A stretch of DNA of 64,000 nucleotides from Stenotrophomonas sp. (lineage in GTDB: Bacteria > Pseudomonadota > Gammaproteobacteria > Xanthomonadales > Xanthomonadaceae), in assembly GCA_034675465.1 (NCBI GenBank), contig JAUCDH010000010.1:11806-75805 (forward strand), given 5' to 3'. Positions 53,246 through 64,000 of the stretch are shown one piece after another. The notes beneath the pieces were generated by a model. It was not told where the DNA came from and ran no database searches. It saw only the letters and a list, made by a program, of their open reading frames with translations. Positions within the stretch are counted from its first letter, which is position 1. Each line of letters begins with the position of its first letter. The translations under genes were made by a program, and so were the position numbers.

Positions 53246-54151
53246 TCAGGTGGCCAGCAAGCCCGGCGGCAAATGCCGGAACAGCGGCGCCAGTTGCAGC
53301 AGGAAATCGCCCATCGCCGAGCTGCGCCGCCAGACCATCGCGATGCGGCGGCTGGGAGCGTTTTCGCCGCTGAAGCCGACCAGATGCACGTTTTCCGAGC
53401 GTGCCACCGGCGGTTTCACCGCCAGCATCGGCAACAGGGTGACGCCGACGTTGGCGGCCACCATTTGTCGCAGGGTTTCCAGGCTGGTGGCCTGGAATTC
53501 GGATTTCTCCGCCGCGCCGGCCAGGTGGCACACGTCCAGCGCCTGGTCGCGCAGGCAATGGCCGTCCTGCAACAGCAGCAGGCGCTGGTCGTTGAGGTCG
53601 GCCAGCGTCAGCGTGGTGCGGGCGGTGAGCGGGTGGCCTTCCGGCGCGGCCAGCACGAAGGGTTCCTCGAACAGGAATTCGGTGTGCAATTGCTCGTCGC
53701 CCACGGGTAGGGCCAGCAGCGCAGCGTCGAGCTGGCCGTTGCGCAGCTGCGCCAGCAATACGTCGCTCTTTTCCTCGACCAGCAACAGTTCCAGCTGCGG
53801 GAAGCGGGTGCGGATGGCCGGCACCACGTGCGGCAGCAGGTACGGCCCCAGCGTGGGGAAGATGCCCAGCCGCACCGTGCCAGCCTCGGGGTCGCGCGAA
53901 CGGCGCGCGGCCTCCTTCATCTGCTCGACCTCGGCGACGATGCTGCGCGCGCGCGTGGCCGCTTCGCGCCCGGCGGGGGTGAGCATCACCTTGCGCGGCG
54001 CGCGTTCGACCAGTGGCACGCCCAGTTCTTCCTCCAGCTTCTTGATCTGGGTGGATAGCGTGGGTTGGCTGACGAAGCACGCAGCGGCGGCGCGGCCGAA
54101 GTGTTTGTGCTCGGCCAGTGCCACCAAGTATTTGAGGTCACGCAGGTTCAT
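53246..54151 (-). CDS. oxyR: Hydrogen peroxide-sensing LysR regulator OxyR
   Basis: MNLRDLKYLVALAEHKHFGRAA..CFVSQPTLS; redox pair GHCLRDQALDVC; ATSLETLR; follows ahpCF. Confidence 0.95.
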   Translation of the reverse strand: MNLRDLKYLVALAEHKHFGRAAAACFVSQPTLSTQIKKLEEELGVPLVERAPRKVMLTPAGREAATRARSIVAEVEQMKEAARRSRDPEAGTVRLGIFPTLGPYLLPHVVPAIRTRFPQLELLLVEEKSDVLLAQLRNGQLDAALLALPVGDEQLHTEFLFEEPFVLAAPEGHPLTARTTLTLADLNDQRLLLLQDGHCLRDQALDVCHLAGAAEKSEFQATSLETLRQMVAANVGVTLLPMLAVKPPVARSENVHLVGFSGENAPSRRIAMVWRRSSAMGDFLLQLAPLFRHLPPGLLAT

Positions 54152-54179
54152 TTCGACGGCCTCGGAACGAAGCGGGTTT

Positions 54180-54453
54180 TCCCCTTCTTCCTGTGGGAGA
54201 CAGTTTGGCAGGATTGCCAAACTGCACGGCGAAGCCGCCCGAAGGGTGAGGCACAGGGATGTGCCGAATGCAGGTGCCCGAAGGGCGGATGAGGGGTGAA
54301 CGGAGTCAGCGATGTCTGAACTATCTGGACTCCGCTCGCCCCTCACCCCACCCCCCGCTTCGCGCCCCGACCCTTGCGTTGGCGCAAGGGCGTTCGAGGG
54401 GCAGCGAACCGGAGGTTCGCAAACTACCCCTCTCACCCCGAAGGGAGAGAGGC
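54180..54453 (+). repeat. Composite palindromic repeat with two nested hairpin modules
   Basis: Same backbone as 38158-38278, interrupted at 54201-54271 and about 54357-54427. Confidence 0.8.
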
Positions 54454-54463
54454 TTGACGCGAA

Positions 54464-56017
54464 TCACGTGCGAATCAAGTGATCAAACGCACTCAGTGCA
54501 GCGGTCGAACCTGCCCCCATCGCGATGATGATCTGCTTGTACGGCACCGTGGTGCAGTCACCGGCGGCGAACACGCCCGGCACGTTGGTCTGGCCGCGTT
54601 CGTCGATGACGATTTCGCCACGGCCACTCAGGTCCACCGTGCCGCGCAGCCACTCGGTGTTCGGCAGCAGGCCGATCTGCACGAAGATGCCCTCCAGCTC
54701 CACCGTGTGCGAGCCGCCGCCAACGCGGTCGGTATAAACCAGTCCGTTGACCTTCTGCCCGTCGCCCAGCACCTCGGTGGTCTGTGCGTTGAGCACCACG
54801 GTCACGTTCGGCAAGCTGTTCAACTTGGCCTGCAACACCTGGTCGGCGCGCAGCTTGCTGTCGAACTCGAACACGGTGACGTGGCTGACGATGCCGGCCA
54901 GATCAATGGCCGCTTCGATGCCTGAATTGCCGCCGCCAATCACCGCCACGCGCTTGCCCTTGAACAGCGGGCCGTCGCAGTGCGGGCAATAGGCCACGCC
55001 CTTGTTGCGGTACTGGTCCTCGCCCGGCACGTTCATCTGCCGCCAGCGTGCGCCGGTGGACAAAATCACCGACTTGGACTTCAGCGAGGCACCGTTTTCC
55101 AGCTGTACTTCCACCAGCCCATCGGCACCGGCAGGCACCAGTTTGGTGGCGCGTTGCAGGTTCATGATGTCCACCTCGTACTCGCGCACGTGGGCTTCCA
55201 GCGCGCTGGCCAGCTTCGGGCCTTCGGTGTGCTGTACCGAGATGAAGTTCTCGATCGCCAGCGTGTCCAGTACCTGCCCGCCGAAGCGCTCGGCGGCCAC
55301 GCCGGTGCGGATGCCCTTGCGCGCGGCATAGATCGCTGCCGCCGAACCGGCCGGGCCACCGCCCACCACCAGCACGTCGAATGCTTCCTTGGCGGCAATC
55401 TTTGCCGCTTCGCGCTTGATGGCGCCGGTGTCGAGCTTGGCGACAATCTGCTCCAGCGACATGCGCCCGGAGTCGAACATCTCCCCGCCCTGGAACACCA
55501 TCGGCACCGCCATCACCTGGCGCTGCTCCACTTCCTGCTGGAAGGTGCCGCCCTCGATCACCGTGGTGCTGATGTTCGGGTTCAAAATCGCCATCAGCGC
55601 CAGCGCCTGCACCACGTCCGGGCAGTTGTGGCAGCTCAGCGACATATAGACCTCGAAGGCGAACGTGCCGTCGATGGCCTTGATGCCGTCGATCACCTCC
55701 TGCGACACCTTCGGCGGGTGGCCGCCGGTCCACAGCAGTGCCAGCACCAGCGATTCGAACTCATGGCCCAGCGGCAGGCCGGCGAAGCGCACGCCGTGTT
55801 CCTCGCCTTGGCGGGCGATGACGAATGATGGCTTGCGCGCATCGGTGCCACTGGCGTCCAGCGTGACCTTGCCGCCGGCAGCGGCGACGATGTCGTCGAG
55901 CAGGCCGCGCATCTCGGTGCTGGCGGCGCCGTCGTCGAGCGAGGCAATCAGGCGCAACGGCTGGCGCAGCAGGCCCATGTATTGCTGCAACTGGGTCTTG
56001 AGGGTGTCATCGAGCAC
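54464..56017 (-). CDS. ahpF: Alkyl hydroperoxide reductase subunit F
   Basis: [43 protein letters not shown]. Confidence 0.97.
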   Translation of the reverse strand: MLDDTLKTQLQQYMGLLRQPLRLIASLDDGAASTEMRGLLDDIVAAAGGKVTLDASGTDARKPSFVIARQGEEHGVRFAGLPLGHEFESLVLALLWTGGHPPKVSQEVIDGIKAIDGTFAFEVYMSLSCHNCPDVVQALALMAILNPNISTTVIEGGTFQQEVEQRQVMAVPMVFQGGEMFDSGRMSLEQIVAKLDTGAIKREAAKIAAKEAFDVLVVGGGPAGSAAAIYAARKGIRTGVAAERFGGQVLDTLAIENFISVQHTEGPKLASALEAHVREYEVDIMNLQRATKLVPAGADGLVEVQLENGASLKSKSVILSTGARWRQMNVPGEDQYRNKGVAYCPHCDGPLFKGKRVAVIGGGNSGIEAAIDLAGIVSHVTVFEFDSKLRADQVLQAKLNSLPNVTVVLNAQTTEVLGDGQKVNGLVYTDRVGGGSHTVELEGIFVQIGLLPNTEWLRGTVDLSGRGEIVIDERGQTNVPGVFAAGDCTTVPYKQIIIAMGAGSTAALSAFDHLIRT

Positions 56018-56086
56018 GGCGCAACTCCTTCAATCAGGCAAAACCGGGGGAGGGCGCGGTTGCTTGAGGCAACGCGCCGGGGGGAG

Positions 56087-56166
56087 GTAGGGGTGAACCG
56101 CAGCCGGCTGTGGCTGGCTGGCGTAGCGCGGCTGGCTGGCGGCAGGGGGCTGCGGTTCACCCCCAC
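56087..56166. other. Long stem-loop in the ahpC-ahpF intergenic region
   Basis: GGGGTGAACCGCAGCC ... GGCTGCGGTTCACCCC, 16-bp perfect stem. Confidence 0.7.
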
Positions 56167-56199
56167 GCCCGCCGAAGCGGGGTGGGAGCGAGGGACGGC

Positions 56200-56763
56200 T
56201 TAGATCTTGCCGACCAGGTCCAGCGACGGGGTCAGCGTCTTGGCGCCTTCCTTCCACTTGGCCGGGCACACTTCGTTCGGGTGTGCGGCGACGAACTGGG
56301 CGGCCTTCAGCTTGCGCAGGGTCTCGGACACGTCGCGGGCGATGGCGTTGTCATGCACTTCCATCGTCTTGATGGTGCCTTCCGGGTCGATCACGAAGGT
56401 GCCGCGCAGCGCCAGGCCGGCTTCCGGGATGTGCACGCCGAAGGCATTGGTCAGCTGGTGGGTCGGGTCGCCGACCAGCGGGAACTTCGCCTTGCCCACG
56501 GCCGGCGAGGTTTCGTGCCACACCTTGTGCGAGAAGTGGGTGTCGGTGGTGACGATATAGACCTCGGCGCCGGCCTTCTGGAACTCGGCGTAGTTGTCGG
56601 CGGCGTCTTCGATTTCGGTCGGGCAATTGAAGGTGAAGGCGGCGGGCATGAAGATCAGCACCGACCACTTGCCCTTCAGGCTCTCGTCGGTGACTTCGAT
56701 GAACTGGCCGTTGTGGAAGGCGCTGGTCTTGAACGGCTGGACCTGGGTGTTGATAAGGGACAT
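56200..56763 (-). CDS. ahpC: Alkyl hydroperoxide reductase subunit C
   Basis: PAAFTFNCPTE, DTHFSHKVWH, EVCPAKW, PSLDLVGKI. Confidence 0.97.
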   Translation of the reverse strand: MSLINTQVQPFKTSAFHNGQFIEVTDESLKGKWSVLIFMPAAFTFNCPTEIEDAADNYAEFQKAGAEVYIVTTDTHFSHKVWHETSPAVGKAKFPLVGDPTHQLTNAFGVHIPEAGLALRGTFVIDPEGTIKTMEVHDNAIARDVSETLRKLKAAQFVAAHPNEVCPAKWKEGAKTLTPSLDLVGKI

Positions 56764-56837
56764 GGAGCTTCCTCTTGGTGAAGGGGTGGGTGGAGAACTT
56801 CGAGGCAAAGGTTAATAGGCAGGGCCTAATGAAACAA

Positions 56838-56874
56838 ATGAATTGAATGCATCGTATCAATAGATTATGACTAT
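56838..56874 (-). promoter_or_regulatory. OxyR binding site upstream of ahpC
   Basis: Minus strand ATAG-N7-CTAT-N7-ATGC-N7-TCAT versus consensus ATAG-N7-CTAT-N7-ATAG-N7-CTAT. Confidence 0.8.
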
Positions 56875-57031
56875 GGATGCGGGCCATCCCATCCGTGCTA
56901 CCTGATATCGGGGGCATTGCCGGGTTTCCAAGCCACCGGTCCGGGTCCACCACGCGATAGGCAGGAGCGGGCCGGGTGACTATCCTCCCCGTCCCGGAAA
57001 CATCCCGCGAGAACAGGGGCCGCCAGTGTCG

Positions 57032-57868
57032 ATGCCGAACGTTGCCGAATTGCTGCGGGAAGCCGCCGTCCGCCTGCCTGGCGAGGACGCCCGCCATGAG
57101 GCCGAGCAACTGCTGCTGCACGTGCTGGAGGTGGAGCGCGCCTGGCTGTTCGCCCATGCCACCGACGCGGTGGCCGATGACGCCAGGCAGCGTTTCGATG
57201 TGCTGGTGCAGCGGCGCACCGAAGGCCAGCCATTGGCATACCTGATCGGTCGCCGCGGCTTCTGGACGCTGGACCTGCACGTCAACGCCGCCACCCTGAT
57301 TCCACGCCCGGAAACCGAACTGCTGGTCGAACAGGCGCTGGTCCGCCTGCCGGCGAACGACCTGCGCCGCGTCGCCGACATGGGCACCGGCAGCGGCGCG
57401 ATCGCCCTGTCCATTGCCAGCGAACGCCCGCTGGCCACGGTGATCGCCACCGATCTGCATGCCGCCACGCTGGCGGTGGCGGTGACGAACGCACAAGCGC
57501 ATGGGCTGGAAAACGTCTGGTTCCGTCGTGGTCACTGGCATGACGCACTTGGCAACGACCGCTTCGACATGATCGTCAGCAACCCGCCCTACATCGCCGC
57601 CGGCGACCCGCACCTGCAACAGGGCGACCTGCGCTTCGAGCCGCCGCCGGCGCTGGCCTCCGGCGTGGACGGGCTGGAAGCCATCCGCGAAATCATCGCC
57701 GGCGCGCCAGCCCACCTCGTGCGCGGCGGCTGGCTGCTGCTGGAGCATGGCTGGAACCAGGGCAAGGCGATCCGCGCGCTTCTGGAGCAGGCCGGTTTCG
57801 GCGAAGTGGAAACCGTGCAGGACCTGGAGCAGCGCGACCGAGTGACGCTGGGCTGCCTGTCTGGATGA
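57032..57868 (+). CDS. prmC: Release factor glutamine methyltransferase
   Basis: [36 protein letters not shown]; alternative GTG start at 57026. Confidence 0.95.
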   Translation: MPNVAELLREAAVRLPGEDARHEAEQLLLHVLEVERAWLFAHATDAVADDARQRFDVLVQRRTEGQPLAYLIGRRGFWTLDLHVNAATLIPRPETELLVEQALVRLPANDLRRVADMGTGSGAIALSIASERPLATVIATDLHAATLAVAVTNAQAHGLENVWFRRGHWHDALGNDRFDMIVSNPPYIAAGDPHLQQGDLRFEPPPALASGVDGLEAIREIIAGAPAHLVRGGWLLLEHGWNQGKAIRALLEQAGFGEVETVQDLEQRDRVTLGCLSG

Positions 57869-57995
57869 TGCAGCGTTGGATGTTGAAGCCGAGTCGGTCC
57901 GGATGGGGCGCCAAGACGAGGCGCCGTAGCGTGATTCCCGGAACACGAGGGTAGGCCCCAGCTATCTCGCGAACCGTCCAGGCAACGAGCCGGAC

Positions 57996-58140
57996 AAAAA
58001 TCAAGAGCAAAGGCTTTCGCTCCTGCCTCGCATGAGCGAGCTACCTTTTCTTTGCTCGTGCAAAGAAAAGGTAAGCGCACCATGGCGCGCGACGGGGGCC
58101 TTGCCGGGAAAGCTTCATCGCGCACCAACGTGCGCTTGCA
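57996..58140. repeat. Palindrome plus degenerate REP doublet between convergent prmC and prfA
   Basis: ACCTTTTCTTTGC TCGT GCAAAGAAAAGGT (58043-58072), then GTAAGCGCACCATGGCGCGCGA...TCGCGCACCAACGTGCGCTTGC. Confidence 0.65.
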
Positions 58141-58143
58141 GGG

Positions 58144-59229
58144 TCACGTGCCTTCGGCCAACCGTGCCAACTCATCCACCTGATGCTCGTGCTGCAAACG
58201 CCCGACCAGCGTGTCCAGTTCGCCTTCGATGATGTTCGGCAGGTCGTACAGGGTCAGCCCCTCGACGCGGTGGTCGGTGATGCGGCCCTGCGGGAAGTTG
58301 TAGGTGCGGATGCGCTGGCTGCGGTCGCCGCTGCCTACCTGCAAGCGTCGCGATTCGGCCTGCGCCGCCGCCTGCTTGCTGCGCTCTGCATCCAGCAACT
58401 GCGCCTTCAGTCGTTTCATCGCCTTGTCGCGGTTGGCGTGCTGGCTGCGTTCGGTTTGGCACTCGACCACCACGCCGCTCGGCACGTGGGTGATGCGGAT
58501 GGCCGATTCGGTCTTGTTGACGTGCTGGCCGCCGGCGCCGGAGGAACGGAAGGTGTCCACTTTCAAGTCCGCCGGGTTGATGGCGATGTCTTCCACGTCG
58601 TCGGCTTCGGGAATGATCGCCACGGTCGCGGCCGAAGTGTGGATGCGGCCCTGCGATTCGGTGGCCGGCACGCGCTGCACGCGGTGGGTGCCGGATTCGA
58701 ATTTCAGTCTTGAATACGCGCCGCGGCCGACCACGCGCGCCACCACTTCCTTGTAGCCGCCGTGCTCGCCGGGGTTGTCCGATTCGACTTCGACCTTCCA
58801 GCCCTGCCGCTCGGCATAGCGGGCGTACATGCGGAACAAGTCGCCGGCGAAAATGGCTGCTTCGTCGCCGCCGGTGCCTGCGCGCACCTCGAGGAACAGG
58901 TTGCCTTCGTCGCGCGGGTCGCGCGGCACCAGCAGCAAGGCCAGCTCCTTGTCCAGCGCTTGCAGGCGCGCTTGCGCTGCGGCGATTTCCTCTTCGGCCA
59001 GTTCGCGCAGTTCAGGGTCGGCGCGCATCGCCTCGGCCGAGGCGAGGTCGTCGCGGGCGCGGGTCTCGGCGGCCAGTGCGGTGGCGACGGGCTCGAGCTG
59101 GGCGAATTCGCGGGAGAAATTGCGGAAGCGCTCGTTGTCGGCAACCACGTCCGGGTCGGAGAGCAGGCGTTCCAGTTCTTCGCGGCGCTCGGCCAAGGCC
59201 AGCAGTTTACGGCGCAGGGTCGGCGTCAT
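58144..59229 (-). CDS. prfA: Peptide chain release factor 1
   Basis: [25 protein letters not shown] (PxT motif), [20 protein letters not shown]. Confidence 0.97.
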   Translation of the reverse strand: MTPTLRRKLLALAERREELERLLSDPDVVADNERFRNFSREFAQLEPVATALAAETRARDDLASAEAMRADPELRELAEEEIAAAQARLQALDKELALLLVPRDPRDEGNLFLEVRAGTGGDEAAIFAGDLFRMYARYAERQGWKVEVESDNPGEHGGYKEVVARVVGRGAYSRLKFESGTHRVQRVPATESQGRIHTSAATVAIIPEADDVEDIAINPADLKVDTFRSSGAGGQHVNKTESAIRITHVPSGVVVECQTERSQHANRDKAMKRLKAQLLDAERSKQAAAQAESRRLQVGSGDRSQRIRTYNFPQGRITDHRVEGLTLYDLPNIIEGELDTLVGRLQHEHQVDELARLAEGT

Positions 59230-60490
59230 CGGGGGTCGCAATGGGGTGGCGATAGCCCGGCGTGGCCGGGAACAGGCGCTCGGCGGCGCGGGTCAGGTCG
59301 GCGTCGCCTTCCAGCGCGGCCTGCCGCAGCGCGGCGGTAGGCGGGTGCAGCAGGCGGTTGGTCAGGCCGTGGGCGAGCTGTTCCAGTACTTCCTCGGCGC
59401 TCTTGCCGTTGACCAGTTGCAGCCGGGCCTTTTCCAGCAGCTCGGCGCGGGTGGATTCGCCGAACGCGCGCAGTTGCTTCAGCGGTGCTTGCAGGTGGGT
59501 GGCGCGCAGGTTCTCCATGTAACGGGCCACTTGCAGGTCGATGATGGTCTCGGCCTCGGCGGCGGCTTCGCGGCGGCTGCGGCGGTTTTCTTCCACTGCG
59601 CGCTCCATGTCATCAACGGTGTAGAGGTAGGCATCGGCCAGTTCGCCCACGCCGGCCTCGATGTCGCGCGGCACGGCCAGGTCGAACAGCAGCATCGGCT
59701 TGTGCTTGCGTGTGCGCAGCGCGGCGGCAACGTGGCGTTGCAGGATCACCGGCTCGCGCGCGGCGGTGGCCGAGAACACCACGTCGGCCTCGGCCAGGTG
59801 GCGCTCCAGTTCGGCCAGTGGCAGCGCGACGCCGCCGTGGCGGCTGGCCAGGTCCTGCGCGTGGGCAAGGGTGCGGTTGGCGATCAGCAGCCGCTTCACT
59901 CGCGCTTCGCCCAGATGCTTGGCGGCCAGCTCGATGGTTTCGCCGGCGCCGACCAGCAGCACGGTGGAGCCGTCCAGCCGCGCGAACGATTCCTGTGCCA
60001 GCCGCACCGCGGTGGAGGCCACCGACACCGGGTTGGCGCCGACGCGGGTGTCGGTGCGCGCGCGCTTGGCCACCGAGAAGGTCTGCTGGAACAGCCGGTC
60101 GAGGTGGTTGCCGATGGCGCCACGGTCGTGCGCCAGCGCCCAAGCATCCTTCACCTGGCCGAGAATCTGCGGTTCGCCCAGCACCATCGAATCCAGCCCG
60201 GTGGCGACGCGGAACAGGTGGCGCACGGTGGCGTCGTCGCGGTGCTGGTACAGGTAGCCTTGCAGGTCGCCGGCATGGCCTTGCAGCCAGTGCTCCAGCG
60301 CGCCGCCGTCTTCGGCCACGGCGTACAGCTCGGTGCGGTTGCAGGTGGACAGCAGCACTGCTTCGGACAATTGCGGCGTTTCGCGCAGCGAGGCCACCGC
60401 GCGCGGCAATGCATCGCCGCCGAAGGCCGCGCGTTCGCGCAGCTCCACCGGCGCGGTCTGATGGTTCAGTCCGAGCACCCACAGGGTCAT
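59207..60490 (-). CDS. hemA: Glutamyl-tRNA reductase
   Basis: [44 protein letters not shown]. Confidence 0.97.
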   Translation of the reverse strand: MTLWVLGLNHQTAPVELRERAAFGGDALPRAVASLRETPQLSEAVLLSTCNRTELYAVAEDGGALEHWLQGHAGDLQGYLYQHRDDATVRHLFRVATGLDSMVLGEPQILGQVKDAWALAHDRGAIGNHLDRLFQQTFSVAKRARTDTRVGANPVSVASTAVRLAQESFARLDGSTVLLVGAGETIELAAKHLGEARVKRLLIANRTLAHAQDLASRHGGVALPLAELERHLAEADVVFSATAAREPVILQRHVAAALRTRKHKPMLLFDLAVPRDIEAGVGELADAYLYTVDDMERAVEENRRSRREAAAEAETIIDLQVARYMENLRATHLQAPLKQLRAFGESTRAELLEKARLQLVNGKSAEEVLEQLAHGLTNRLLHPPTAALRQAALEGDADLTRAAERLFPATPGYRHPIATPDDADPAP

Positions 60491-60557
60491 CTGTTCAGTT
60501 GCTTGCGATAAGCTGCTGGCTGTTGAGGACCGCCATTTTACGGCCCGGTTGCGGTAG

Positions 60558-62255
60558 ATGCCCAATTTCGACCGAACACGTTTCAAACGCGCATGCGGCG
60601 TCTTGCTGCTCCTGCTGCCGTCGTTGCCGTTGCCGGCCGCCCCCGCGCCGCCGGCCAAGGGGGCGGGCGCCGTACGGGAGCTGCCGCTGGAGCCGGTATT
60701 GGCCGGTGAGTTTTCCCTGCAGGCGGGCAAGCTGGCCGACGCCGCGCGCTGGTACCTGCAAGCGGCGCAGGCCGAAGCGGGTGATGTCGGGTTGGCCGAG
60801 CGCGCCACCCGCATCGCGATGCTGGCCGGCGACGATGCCCGCGCTGGTCAGGCATTGGCGCTGTGGGCCCGGCGCGACCCGTCTTCGCTGGCGGTGCGCG
60901 GTAGCCGCGCGTCGCTGGCGCTGCGGCAGGGCGATACCCGGCTTGCCCGCAAGGAGTTGCTGGCGGTGCTGCGTTCGAGCGAACCGAAAGCATGGCGGCA
61001 TGCCCTGCTGGCGCTGGCCACGGGCGGCCGCGACCCGGCTGTGCCGGCCAAGGTGCTGGGCGAGTTGGTCGATGCCGGGGCGATTCCCGACGAACTGGAG
61101 GCATGGCAGGAATTCGGCCGGCTGGCGCTGCGCATGGAGCGCCCGCAGTTGGCGCAGCGCATGATCGGCGAAGTGGTCAGGCGTTTCCCCGGCGAGCCGC
61201 GTGTTGCGCTGCTGCACGCATCCCAGCTCCAGCAAGCCGGCAAGAAGGACGAAGCATTGGCGCTGCTGCGCGGCGTCGAGCCGAAGGTGGCCGACGATAT
61301 CGAACTGCGCAACCTGCTGGCCTATTCCTACGATGCCTTCGGCGAACCGGGCGCGGCCGAGCGCGTGCTGGCGGTCGGCGAACAGGACGTGCAGAGCTGG
61401 GGCATGCGCGCGGCGCTGCTGGCCAAGCAAAAAGACGACGTGGCGCTGCTGGCGCTGTACCGGGACATTGCCGGTACCGCCGCCAAGCCCGACCCGGAGC
61501 AGCGCCTGCTGCTTGGGCGCATGGCCGAATATCTCAAGCGTTACCGCGAGGCGGTGGATTGGTACCACGGCGTGCCGGGTGGCCCGCAGCGCGGCGAGGC
61601 GCGGTTGCGCGCAGTCAGCACCTTGCACCAGCTGGGCGACAAGGCGCAGGCCAGCGACGAAGTTCGCGCCATTCAGGCCGATGCCGCCGCGGACGACGAC
61701 CTGCGTCGTGACGCCTACCTGCTGGAAGCCGAATTGCAGCAGCGCGACGGCCACAATGCCGCCGAAGTGGAAGTGCTGACCCGCGGCTTGGCTGCGTGGC
61801 CGGACGACAGCGCCTTGCTGTACGCCCGCGCGCTGGCATGGGAGCGCAGCGACGACATAGCACGTGCCGAAGCCGACTTGCGCAAGATCCTGGTCGCCGA
61901 GCCGGAGAACGCCGCCGCGCTCAATGCGCTGGGCTACACCCTGGCCGACCGCACCGAGCGCCATCAGGAGGCGCTGGAGCTGATAGATCGCGCGCGCGTG
62001 GCTCAGCCGGACAACGCCGCCATCGTCGATAGCTACGGCTGGGTGCTGTACCGGCTGGGCCGCAACGAGGAGGCGCTGGTGCAGCTGCGTCGCGCGTGGA
62101 GCCTGAACAACGATCCGGAAATCGCCGCGCACGTCGGCGAAGTGTTGTGGGTGCTGGGGCGGAAGGACGAGGCGCGGCATTTCTTCGACGAGGCGCGCAA
62201 GCTGGATCCGGACAACCGCGCCCTGCTGCGCGCCATCGAGGCCCTGGGCGCATGA
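60558..62255 (+). CDS. Tetratricopeptide repeat protein
   Basis: Signal peptide, [33 protein letters not shown]; conserved position before lolB. Confidence 0.88.
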   Translation: MPNFDRTRFKRACGVLLLLLPSLPLPAAPAPPAKGAGAVRELPLEPVLAGEFSLQAGKLADAARWYLQAAQAEAGDVGLAERATRIAMLAGDDARAGQALALWARRDPSSLAVRGSRASLALRQGDTRLARKELLAVLRSSEPKAWRHALLALATGGRDPAVPAKVLGELVDAGAIPDELEAWQEFGRLALRMERPQLAQRMIGEVVRRFPGEPRVALLHASQLQQAGKKDEALALLRGVEPKVADDIELRNLLAYSYDAFGEPGAAERVLAVGEQDVQSWGMRAALLAKQKDDVALLALYRDIAGTAAKPDPEQRLLLGRMAEYLKRYREAVDWYHGVPGGPQRGEARLRAVSTLHQLGDKAQASDEVRAIQADAAADDDLRRDAYLLEAELQQRDGHNAAEVEVLTRGLAAWPDDSALLYARALAWERSDDIARAEADLRKILVAEPENAAALNALGYTLADRTERHQEALELIDRARVAQPDNAAIVDSYGWVLYRLGRNEEALVQLRRAWSLNNDPEIAAHVGEVLWVLGRKDEARHFFDEARKLDPDNRALLRAIEALGA

Positions 62256-62896
62256 GGGTGCAGGTATCGCGCACGGTGCTGGCGCTGCTCGCGGCAGGCA
62301 TGTTGAGCGCCTGCGGCACGTTGGCGACGCGGCAGGCGCCGCCGAAGGAAGTGGTGTTCTCCGCAGAGCCTGCGGTCGAAACCACGCGCATCGCGGTGCT
62401 GGATACGTTGCCGGACTGGTCGTTCCAGGGCCGGGTGGCGATCAGCAAGGGCCGCAATGGCGGCAATGGCCGCATCGATTGGCAGCAGCAGGGTGGGGCC
62501 TATCAGGTCAGCCTCGCTGCGCCAGTGACCCGGCAGAGCTGGCAACTGAGCGGTGGCGCCGGGCAAATGGTGCGGTTGGACGGGCTGGACGGCGGCCCGC
62601 GCAGCGGCGTCGATGCCGGGCAATTGTTGTTGCAGGCCACCGGCTGGGATATCCCGGTCGAACAACTGGCCGCGTGGGTGCGTGGCATGCCCGCAGCGGA
62701 TGTGCAGGCAGCCAAGCGGGGCTATGACGCCGAGGGTCGCCCGCGCGTGCTGCAACAAGGCGGGTGGCGCATCGACTATCTGGACTGGTACCCGCCGGAA
62801 GGCCAGCGCCCGCCGTTGCCGCGCCGCATCGAGGCGGTCAACGGTGACGCCAAGGTCCGGCTGATCGTCGATGAATGGGCGGTGGGTCAACAATGA
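62252..62896 (+). CDS. lolB: Outer membrane lipoprotein insertase LolB
   Basis: Lipobox [35 protein letters not shown]. Confidence 0.92.
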   Translation: MRVQVSRTVLALLAAGMLSACGTLATRQAPPKEVVFSAEPAVETTRIAVLDTLPDWSFQGRVAISKGRNGGNGRIDWQQQGGAYQVSLAAPVTRQSWQLSGGAGQMVRLDGLDGGPRSGVDAGQLLLQATGWDIPVEQLAAWVRGMPAADVQAAKRGYDAEGRPRVLQQGGWRIDYLDWYPPEGQRPPLPRRIEAVNGDAKVRLIVDEWAVGQQ

Positions 62897-63771
62897 GTGT
62901 TTTCGACGCCGCCACGGGCTGGTCGCACTGGCCGGCCCCGGCCAAGCTGAACCTGTTCTTGCGCATCCCCGGCCGCCGCGCGGATGGCTACCACGAGCTG
63001 CAAACCGTGTTCCGGCTGCTGGATTGGGGCGACCGCATCGCCCTGCGCGTGCGCGAGGACGGGCAGGTGCACCGGGTCGGTGCATCGGTCCCGGGTGTTG
63101 CCGAGGCCGACGACTTGGTCGTGCGCGCGGCCATCGCGCTGCAAAAAGTGGCTAATTCGGCGAAAGGTGCCGATATTTGCGTCGAAAAGAAAATTCCGGC
63201 CGGCGGTGGCTTTGGTGGCGGCTCGTCCGATGCGGCGACCGTGCTGGTCGCGCTGAACGCGCTGTGGCGCACCGGGCTGGATGAGGACACGCTGGCCGCC
63301 ATCGGCGTGCAACTGGGCGCCGACGTGCCAGTGTTCGTGCGCGGCCGCAACGCCTGGGCCGAAGGCGTGGGCGAAAAACTGACGCCGCTGGCGTTGCCGC
63401 CGGCCTGTTACCTGCTGGTCGATCCGGGCATTCACGTGCCCACCGCTGAATTGTTCCGTTCTCCGGAATTGACGCGGGACGCCTCACCCGTGAAAATAGC
63501 GGACTTCGCTTCCGGGGCCGATCTCGGAAACGCGTTCGAACCGGTGCTGAGGCAGCGGGAGCCGGCCATCGAGGCGGCGTTCCAGGCGCTTTCGCGCGTG
63601 GGTCGGGCGCGGCTCACCGGGTCGGGCAGCGGTTGCTTCGTCGAGTTCGCCACGCATGCCGCTGCAGAGCAGGCGCTGGCGGAATTGCCGGGGGGACTGC
63701 GGGCATGGGTGGCGGCAGGCGCATCGCGCTCGCCATTGCTCGATGCACTGGAGACAGCGGAAATCGTTTGA
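62893..63771 (+). CDS. ispE: 4-diphosphocytidyl-2-C-methyl-D-erythritol kinase
   Basis: [45 protein letters not shown]. Confidence 0.96.
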   Translation: MSVFDAATGWSHWPAPAKLNLFLRIPGRRADGYHELQTVFRLLDWGDRIALRVREDGQVHRVGASVPGVAEADDLVVRAAIALQKVANSAKGADICVEKKIPAGGGFGGGSSDAATVLVALNALWRTGLDEDTLAAIGVQLGADVPVFVRGRNAWAEGVGEKLTPLALPPACYLLVDPGIHVPTAELFRSPELTRDASPVKIADFASGADLGNAFEPVLRQREPAIEAAFQALSRVGRARLTGSGSGCFVEFATHAAAEQALAELPGGLRAWVAAGASRSPLLDALETAEIV

Positions 63772-63774
63772 TGC

Positions 63775-63851
63775 AGGGGCGTCGCCAAGAGGCCCAAGGC
63801 ACCAGGTTTTGATCCTGGCATTCGTAGGTTCGAATCCTACCGCCCCTGCCA
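63775..63851 (+). tRNA. tRNA-Gln (TTG)
   Basis: Acceptor stem AGGGGCG/CGCCCCT, anticodon arm CCAGG TT TTG AT CCTGG, GGTTCGAATCC T-arm, 3' CCA. Confidence 0.96.
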
Positions 63852-63950
63852 CTTCGTCCGCGCCGATGCGCGCGGCTGGGACAAGCACGTTCCTCTGCAA
63901 GAACCCGCAGCGTTTCCACGATCTTTCCGCCGCCGCCCGAGAAAGCCGAC

Positions 63951-64000
63951 ATGCAAGACTCCCCGAACCTGCTGGTGTTTTCCGGCAACGCCAACAAAGC
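63951..64000 (+). CDS. prs: Ribose-phosphate diphosphokinase, 5' partial
   Basis: MQDSPNLLVFSGNANK start and conserved ispE-tRNA-Gln-prs order. Confidence 0.85.
   Translation, partial: MQDSPNLLVFSGNANK

Noticed and set aside
63775-63851. tRNA-Gln as an island integration site
   Set aside because: ispE-tRNA-prs synteny is intact and no duplicated tRNA 3' end was seen in the window.

Overview
GC-rich Xanthomonadaceae chromosomal segment, most likely Stenotrophomonas judging from gene order and SMAG-type GTAG REPs. It is mostly core genome: erpA-nudC-ampE, purH/purD, fis-prmA-accC/accB-aroQ, dsbD-cutA, groES/EL, aroG, hemL, thiE, thiL-nusB-ribH, rpiA, 6S RNA-zapA, pepP, glnS, msrA, tal, rnk, ahpC-ahpF-oxyR, prmC, hemA-prfA, lolB-ispE-tRNA-Gln-prs. 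Five things stand out. (1) An Avd/IVS-like four-helix-bundle gene between accB and accC is bracketed by inverted arrays of 7-bp tandem repeats, and four gene-less inverted heptamer elements plus one half element with the same AAAGC/GCTTT-type inner boundary sit between cistrons elsewhere, suggesting a gene-plus-satellite repeat system. (2) An unannotated leader peptide with the run F-Y-F-W-Y-Y-F, an antiterminator and a terminator lies upstream of DAHP synthase, i.e. a candidate attenuator reading all three aromatic amino acids. (3) An atypical type IV minor-pilin cluster lacks pilY1, and its PilX-like gene carries a large lower-GC inserted domain. (4) A modular palindromic repeat family shows nested insertions at fixed sites. 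(5) Four +1 frameshifts (prmA, dsbD, pilX-like, glnS) are most likely sequencing errors. All calls come from reading the sequence and recognising motifs; no database search was run.
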